Position numbers and translations under genes: made by a program | NCBI GenBank assembly: GCA_903862465.1 | Contig: CAIOYH010000163.1 | Span: forward strand, 7,289-71,288 | Direction: 5' to 3' | Length of the DNA: 64,000 nucleotides | Source: an uncultured bacterium | GTDB lineage: Bacteria > Bacteroidota > Bacteroidia > Bacteroidales > CAIWKO01 | Shown here: one piece after another, positions 58,792 through 64,000 of the stretch | Numbering within the stretch: position 1 is the first letter of the stretch | Layout of the letters: each line of letters starts with the position of its first letter | Notes under the pieces: generated by a model | Told to the model about the DNA's origin: nothing | Database searches by the model: none | The model's input: the letters and a program-made list of their open reading frames with translations, nothing else

Positions 58792-59132
58792 AGCTCTTTC
58801 ATTGGATCCCAAAATACAGCATCGAAGTTCTGTATTTGGTCGTCTTCTATTTTTATGCCTTCGCTTTCTAACAGTTCTTGCATCAAATTGCTGCCGCCAA
58901 AATGATGCTTGCCACTGAGCAAACCTGTTCGGTTCACGACCCGATGCGCCGGAACTTGAAGTTTCTGTGAGTGCGAACTGTTCATTGCCCATCCTACCAT
59001 ACGTGCCGAGCCTTTTGTGCCCAAATATTCAGCAATGGCACCATACGAAGTCACCCGTCCGTAAGGAATCAAACGTGCAACAGCATACACCTTTGCAAAG
59101 AAAGAGTCTTCGTTTTCAGAATTTGCTTTCAC
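58785..59132 (-). CDS. Alkyltransferase-like protein (MGMT DNA-binding domain lacking the catalytic Cys)
   Basis: VYAVARLIPYGRVTSYGAIAEYLG..ARMVGWAM........VPAHRVVN. PAHRV stands where active MGMTs have PCHRV. Confidence 0.75.
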   Translation of the reverse strand: MKANSENEDSFFAKVYAVARLIPYGRVTSYGAIAEYLGTKGSARMVGWAMNSSHSQKLQVPAHRVVNRTGLLSGKHHFGGSNLMQELLESEGIKIEDDQIQNFDAVFWDPMKELY

Positions 59133-59133
59133 T

Positions 59134-59802
59134 TTAAACGTGTAAGGAAAAGTTCAGATAACAGATAGGGTGTCCTTCAGCCCGAAAGATAGATTCGTAA
59201 TGCGTTTGAATCTGCGTCAACTCATTATCAATTCCCGAATGGTACAAATCATGCGTTTCGAAATGCAGCAGATGTCCGTTTTCTTGAATAGTTTCCAAAG
59301 TGAAATCAAAGAAAGGAGCGTTGTCTGTTTTCAGATGGATGAGGGCATTCGGTTTTAGGATATTTTTGTAGCGCATCAAGAAACGTTGACAGGTCAGTCT
59401 TTTGTTGGTGCGCGGTTTCTGTGGCTGCGGGTCGGGAAAGGTTATCCAAATCTCACTGACTTCCTCTTTAGCAAAAAACTGCTCAATTTGACCGATATGT
59501 GTTCGCAAGAAACCAACATTCGTGCGGTTTTCTTCCATGGCTGTTTTGGCTCCACGCCACATGCGAGCGCCTTTGATATCTATGCCGATATAATTCTGCT
59601 GCGGGTTGTTGCGTGCCAAACCTACGGTATATTCACCTTTGCCGCAACCCAATTCCAAGATGATGGGATGATTATTTTTAAAGAAATCCTGACTCCATTT
59701 GCCTTTCAGAGCATAGTCTTCGATATAATGGTAAGCGGGAGGTTGAACGAAATTAGGAAAAGCTGCAGTTTCTGCAAATCGTTGAAGTTTATGTTTTGCC
59801 AC
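59134..59802 (-). CDS. trmB: tRNA (guanine-N7)-methyltransferase
   Basis: ILELGCGKGEYTVGLARNNPQQNYIGIDIKG and ..ITFPDPQPQK... are TrmB signatures. Confidence 0.85.
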   Translation of the reverse strand: MAKHKLQRFAETAAFPNFVQPPAYHYIEDYALKGKWSQDFFKNNHPIILELGCGKGEYTVGLARNNPQQNYIGIDIKGARMWRGAKTAMEENRTNVGFLRTHIGQIEQFFAKEEVSEIWITFPDPQPQKPRTNKRLTCQRFLMRYKNILKPNALIHLKTDNAPFFDFTLETIQENGHLLHFETHDLYHSGIDNELTQIQTHYESIFRAEGHPICYLNFSLHV

Positions 59803-59814
59803 AAATATTTAGGA

Positions 59815-60876
59815 TTACATTTTTAACAACCACGCATTGGGGTTCTCATCGTGTTGCACCGAGCTCAAACCCGAACGTGCCGATTCTTCCGAATCGAAAC
59901 AATCAATAAATACTTTATACAGTCCGCCTTCAGCAGGTTCAATGATGTTGGCATTCGTGAAGCCCTTTGCTATCAATTTGCTTTTATAGTTTTCTGCCAA
60001 GTCTTTATTCTTGTTGCAACTGCCAATAATATAAAATTTACAGCCCGAAATGCTTGGAGTAGGAGGGGCGGAGGTTTCTTCTGTGGTAGTCGCCACTTCT
60101 GCGGTTTTTGCCTCTTCCACAAAGATAGGATAGGCAGTGGTGTCTAATTTTGTTGCCAAGCTACCCAAGGAATCATAAGGCGTTTGCCATGTGTAGGAAG
60201 CATCGAATTCCTTTTCGGGAGCCGTGATGTTGGCGGCAGTTTCTTTGGTGGACTTGGTGGAGAACACATCCAAAACCGTAGAATAATTGGTGGAAACATC
60301 TTCTATCAAACCAATATGAAAAAATCCCCAAACAAAAATGGCAGCAGCAGGCACGGAGATGATCGCAATTTTAGCAAAGGTGTTCTTCGCTTTGCGTTCC
60401 GAGCGGAACACTTTCTTTTCGACCAAGGCTCTTTCGATACGCTGCTCAATACCTTCGCGACGAATGGCAGGCGACACAAACTCCGTCAATCCATACGAAC
60501 TCAACAGATAGTTCACATTGCCATCCGATTCAAATTGATAGTTGTTATAATCATCCAACAAAATAACGCCCACCTTTTCGACAAACACTTTTTTATCGTT
60601 CAACAAAGCAGCTTGGCTTTCTTCCACAAAAGCGGCTATCTTTTCAGTAGCTTGGTTGTAGGGGATTTTTTCGCGTTGCGCAATATGATTCGCCAACAAA
60701 CCATCATTATGTTTCAGGCTTGCATTAAAAATAATCTCTTTAGCGGGCGGCGAAAAGCTATTCACCACGGGATGTATCTTCGCAGGCACATGGTTGGCAA
60801 TGAAACCTCCAAAGCCCGGAACAATCACACAATCGTTGCGCAGCAGGAGTTCGCTTATATATTGAAGTACTTGCAT
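59815..60876 (-). CDS. HU-CCDC81-like N-terminal domain / SPOR C-terminal domain protein
   Basis: The N-terminus CVIVPGFGGFIANHVPAKIHP is followed by one TM segment. The C-terminus KFYIIGSCNKNKDLAENYKSKLIAKGFTNANIIEPAEGGLYKVFI is a SPOR-like peptidoglycan-binding fold. Confidence 0.7.
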   Translation of the reverse strand: MQVLQYISELLLRNDCVIVPGFGGFIANHVPAKIHPVVNSFSPPAKEIIFNASLKHNDGLLANHIAQREKIPYNQATEKIAAFVEESQAALLNDKKVFVEKVGVILLDDYNNYQFESDGNVNYLLSSYGLTEFVSPAIRREGIEQRIERALVEKKVFRSERKAKNTFAKIAIISVPAAAIFVWGFFHIGLIEDVSTNYSTVLDVFSTKSTKETAANITAPEKEFDASYTWQTPYDSLGSLATKLDTTAYPIFVEEAKTAEVATTTEETSAPPTPSISGCKFYIIGSCNKNKDLAENYKSKLIAKGFTNANIIEPAEGGLYKVFIDCFDSEESARSGLSSVQHDENPNAWLLKM

Positions 60877-60927
60877 AATATCAGTTAGAGTCGGCTTTTT
60901 TCAAAGTGTAAAATTACATAAAAATAG

Positions 60928-61674
60928 TTAATCCTGTACATTAAATTTCATTAAATCTTCGGGCACATCAACACTATGACTTTCGAACGAAGTTTCCTTC
61001 ACAAAAATCGCATATCCATTTTCGAGCCATCTGAGTTGTTCAAGCGATTCGGCACGTTCAAGACTTCCCGCAGGCAATTGCGTGATTTCTTTCAGGGTGT
61101 TGGTGCGATACGCATAAATTCCAATGTGTTTGTAGTACGTATGAAACTGCAACCAGGTTTCACGAATTGTATCTCTTTGGTAAGGAATCGCCGTGCGCGA
61201 AAAATAAATAGCTCTGTTTGAACTATCTTTGATTACTTTTATGATGTTCGCACTGAATAATTCTTCCACATCGGTCAAAGCTTTCACCAAGGTGGCTATA
61301 TGTATCTGCGGATTCTCGAAGCTCCCCGCCAACAAATCTATCTGTTCGGGATTGATGTAGGGCTCATCGCCTTGGATGTTGATAGCTACATCATAGTGTT
61401 GATCATCCTCAGCCAACATCGCCACAATCTCATGACATCTATCCGTTCCCGTTGGATGTTTATCCGAGGTCATCAGCGCTTTGCCTCCGAAGGACAACAC
61501 ATGTTTGAGTATCCTCTTATCATCCGAAGCCACTATCACATCGGCTAAACGCGTCGCTTTTTTCGCTTGTTCATACACGCGTTGTATCATCGTTTTGCCA
61601 TGAATCTCCACCAAGGGTTTCCCCGGAAAACGCGACGAAGCATAACGTGCAGGTATGATACCGATGATATTCAT
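60928..61674 (-). CDS. kdsB: 3-deoxy-manno-octulosonate cytidylyltransferase (CMP-KDO synthetase)
   Basis: MNIIGIIPARYASSRFPGKPL..I.GK.MIQ.VYE and ..NIQGDEP.. are KdsB motifs; 248 aa. Confidence 0.9.
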   Translation of the reverse strand: MNIIGIIPARYASSRFPGKPLVEIHGKTMIQRVYEQAKKATRLADVIVASDDKRILKHVLSFGGKALMTSDKHPTGTDRCHEIVAMLAEDDQHYDVAINIQGDEPYINPEQIDLLAGSFENPQIHIATLVKALTDVEELFSANIIKVIKDSSNRAIYFSRTAIPYQRDTIRETWLQFHTYYKHIGIYAYRTNTLKEITQLPAGSLERAESLEQLRWLENGYAIFVKETSFESHSVDVPEDLMKFNVQD

Positions 61675-61684
61675 TCAGTAGGAA

Positions 61685-62302
61685 TTATTTAAACAATCCG
61701 AAAAGTTCGGCATTGATATTTTCTATAAACTGCTCCAAATCGCTCGAGTTGCTCGCAAAATCTTTATCATCCACATCCACTATCAACAGTTTGCCGCTCT
61801 CGTAAGTCGAAATCCATGCCTCATAACGTTCGTTCAAACGCGTCAGATAATCTATGCGGATAGAGTTTTCATACTCCCTGCCGCGTTTCTGAATTTGGCG
61901 CACCAAGGTGGGCACTTCGGCTCTCAGATACACCAACAAATCCGGCGGTTTGATAAACGAGTTCATCAAATCAAACAAGGATTTATAATTGTCGAAATCG
62001 CGCGTAGTCATCAGTCCCATCGCATGTAGGTTGGGTGCAAAGATATGCGCATCTTCATAAATCGTGCGGTCTTGAATCACCGTTTTCCCGCTTTCGCGTA
62101 TGTTGATGATTTGACGAAAACGACTGTTCAGAAAATAGATCTGCAAATTGAACGACCAACGCTGCATATCCTCATAAAAACTGTTCAAATACGGATTGGT
62201 TTCCACGTCTTCATAATGTGGTTCCCAATTGAAATGCTTGGCTAAGATGCCTGTCAGGGTGGTTTTCCCCGAGCCGATGTTACCTGCTATTGCTATGTGC
62301 AT
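61685..62302 (-). CDS. Deoxynucleoside kinase family protein
   Basis: MHIAIAGNIGSGKTTL P-loop, then NPYL..FY.D..RW.F.LQ.YFL..R and DR...ED..IFA. These are dNK/dGK-dAK family motifs. Confidence 0.85.
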   Translation of the reverse strand: MHIAIAGNIGSGKTTLTGILAKHFNWEPHYEDVETNPYLNSFYEDMQRWSFNLQIYFLNSRFRQIINIRESGKTVIQDRTIYEDAHIFAPNLHAMGLMTTRDFDNYKSLFDLMNSFIKPPDLLVYLRAEVPTLVRQIQKRGREYENSIRIDYLTRLNERYEAWISTYESGKLLIVDVDDKDFASNSSDLEQFIENINAELFGLFK

Positions 62303-62387
62303 ATTTCGATGATTTACTTTTTTACAAAAATAAGATTTTTAAATGAAACTCCCCTGTAGTTTAACACAAAATCTTTCTTTTTCCCCA

Positions 62388-63512
62388 TTATTTACAATAT
62401 TGCTTCAGTTTCGCTTCCGCAAATTTGCTGCCCAACTCCGCCGCTTTTTTCCAATCGGCGCAGGCTCCGGGGAGGTCTTTCGCCGTATATTTCACATCCG
62501 CACGTTTCGTGTAGGCGCTCACATAGCTCGGATTTAGCTCTATCGCTTTCGTGAAATCCTCCAACGCCCCCGCCGTTTTACCCCCTTGTTCCTTACACAA
62601 AGCACGATTGAAATACGCTTTCGAATCTCCCGAATGCTTCAACAAAAATATCGTGTAGTCGCTCTCCGCATCCTCAAATTTCTTCATCTCATAACGCGTC
62701 AAACCTCTATTGTAATACGCATCCACATAATCTTTTTGTTTCGTGATAACCGTCGTGTAATCCGCCTCGGCGCTCACAAAATCCTTCATTTCAAACTCCG
62801 TGAACGCTTTGTTGTAATAGCTTTCCACATACGAAGGTTTAATCGCTATGGCGCTATCATAATCCTGCAACGCCTCCTTATATTTCTTCAGATGACTCTG
62901 CGCCATCCCGCGGCTGATATACGCGCGATAGTCCTTCGGCGCATTTTCAATCACGCGGTTGAAATCCCCTATCGCATCCTCATAATTACCCAAAATGCCA
63001 TACGCCATCCCGCGGTTATAATACGCATCATTATAATTCTTTTTCAGCGCTATCGCGTGCGTATAATCATCCACGGCGCCCGCATTGTCCTTCGCCAAAT
63101 ACTTAAGATAGCCCCTCGTGAAATACGCCCGTTCATTTTTGTTCGACAGGCGGATGGCGGTGTCGCAATCTGCCAACGCTTCCCTGTTTTTGTTCAGGTT
63201 CGTATAGGTGATGCCGCGGTTCGTATAAAACTCCGTCTCCTTATTGTTAAACTCTATCGCCGTATTGAAAAATTTCAGCGCCTCGCCGAAGTTCCCGATG
63301 GCATTATACGACAAAGCCTTGTAGAAATACGCATCCGCGAAATCCTTTTTCTGCCCTATCGTCTTGTCGAAATCCAGAATCGCATCCACAAAATACCCAT
63401 TTTTATACTTATCCAAACCCATCTTGAAACTCTCCATATAGGTTTGCCCCCAAGCGCTCCCCGTCATCAATCCCCACAACACAGCAAGGAAAATCGTTTT
63501 TTTCAACCGCAT
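62388..63512 (-). CDS. Secreted tetratricopeptide-repeat protein
   Basis: ATG 63512 gives MRLKKTIFLAVLWGLMTGSAWGQ. About nine TPR units (A..DY..AI...P.Y..AYYNRG). The C-terminal cap is CADWKKAAELGSKFAEAKLKQYC. Confidence 0.85.
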   Translation of the reverse strand: MRLKKTIFLAVLWGLMTGSAWGQTYMESFKMGLDKYKNGYFVDAILDFDKTIGQKKDFADAYFYKALSYNAIGNFGEALKFFNTAIEFNNKETEFYTNRGITYTNLNKNREALADCDTAIRLSNKNERAYFTRGYLKYLAKDNAGAVDDYTHAIALKKNYNDAYYNRGMAYGILGNYEDAIGDFNRVIENAPKDYRAYISRGMAQSHLKKYKEALQDYDSAIAIKPSYVESYYNKAFTEFEMKDFVSAEADYTTVITKQKDYVDAYYNRGLTRYEMKKFEDAESDYTIFLLKHSGDSKAYFNRALCKEQGGKTAGALEDFTKAIELNPSYVSAYTKRADVKYTAKDLPGACADWKKAAELGSKFAEAKLKQYCK

Positions 63513-63576
63513 AAATATTTTTTTGGCAAAGATAAACAACCTTGGGGAGATATACGACGTTTTCTTATGCTAAATC

Positions 63577-63792
63577 CCAAATACCAAGAACCAAATTCCA
63601 AATTCCAAAACCCAAATACCAAAACCCAAATACCAAATACCAAAAATTAAAACCCGCCCCCATATTCGTAACCTGTCCCGTACATGAAATGTCGGGATTC
63701 GCCCATTCGTAACCTGTCCCGTACATGAAATGTCGGGGTTCGTAGAGTGCAATCCTTGGAATTTGGATCTTGGATCTTGGAACTTGGATCTT
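63577..63792. repeat. Composite repeat: 10 tandem heptamers (CCAARNN), two 33-bp direct repeats, then about 5.5 heptamers in inverted orientation
   Basis: The left arm at 63577-63646 is 70 bp, exactly 10 units. DR1 at 63664-63696 and DR2 at 63705-63737 both read attcgtaacctgtcccgtacatgaaatgtcggg. The right arm at 63754-63792 is (TGGAWYT)n, the complement of the left-arm heptamer. Confidence 0.85.
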
Positions 63793-64000
63793 AAAAATTT
63801 GGGCGCCCCCCTATCGGGTCAGGCTGTCCGCTCATAGTCCTCGGGGCTGAATAACGCCCCTGTGGGCTATCCGCTCCCATCCTTGGCGCGCGTGCCAACG
63901 GGCTATCTTTTGGACTTTTAATCAACTATACCATTCATCCCCCCAATAATTTCCATGCCATGTAGGGGCAGAAAATCTTCTGCACCGATTGCCTTTTGCC

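Noticed and set aside
60184-60888. A 234-aa plus-strand ORF, together with the similar antisense ORFs 59386..59826, 29867..30496, 26161..26634 and 37649..37999.
   Set aside because: All lie opposite genes with strong family signatures (SPOR protein, trmB, GH13, ppk1, the exported 545-aa protein), and their translations look non-proteinaceous.
62586-63650. A 354-aa plus-strand ORF.
   Set aside because: It is fully antisense to a clear TPR protein gene (62388..63512). Its product is low-complexity (R/I/L-rich) with no recognisable domain.
1-64000. A search for mobile elements, prophage, defence islands, and tRNA, rRNA or other structured RNA genes.
   Set aside because: I found no transposase, integrase, recombinase, restriction, toxin-antitoxin or cas-like translations in the ORF track, and no tRNA-like cloverleaf that I could recognise by eye. 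Small ncRNAs cannot be excluded without covariance-model scans.

Overview
AT-rich chromosomal segment, most likely from a Bacteroidota bacterium. This is supported by many T9SS type-A (YPNP...) and type-B (CHU_C-like) C-terminal sorting domains, TAnnTTTG -7 promoter boxes, a FISUMP domain, and TPR and SPOR proteins. I saw no rRNA, tRNA, CRISPR, transposase, integrase or phage genes. All family assignments come from motif recognition by eye; no searches were run. About 1-23 kb is an accessory surface-protein island: giant repeat-rich adhesins, one protein with two cohesin-like modules and a T9SS anchor, and neighbours ending in dockerin-like Ca-loop repeats, which suggests a T9SS-anchored cohesin/dockerin assembly. 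The rest is mostly housekeeping: ppk1, a SixA-like phosphatase and ppx; GH13 coupled to a PHP-GT4 fusion; arsC; coaD; a radical-SAM/SPASM enzyme with a dual GT2; ilvE; an Rrf2 regulator with an Fe-S protein; cysE and cysK; dsbD; trmB; kdsB; a dNK. Two signals stand out. (1) Five intergenic tandem arrays have unrelated unit sequences but all share a 21-bp period (7-16 units), and inverted heptamer arrays lie near the window end. (2) Three conserved genes (ppk1, the Fe-S gene, cysK) are each broken by a single-base change in an A/T homopolymer, which looks like sequencing error rather than gene decay.
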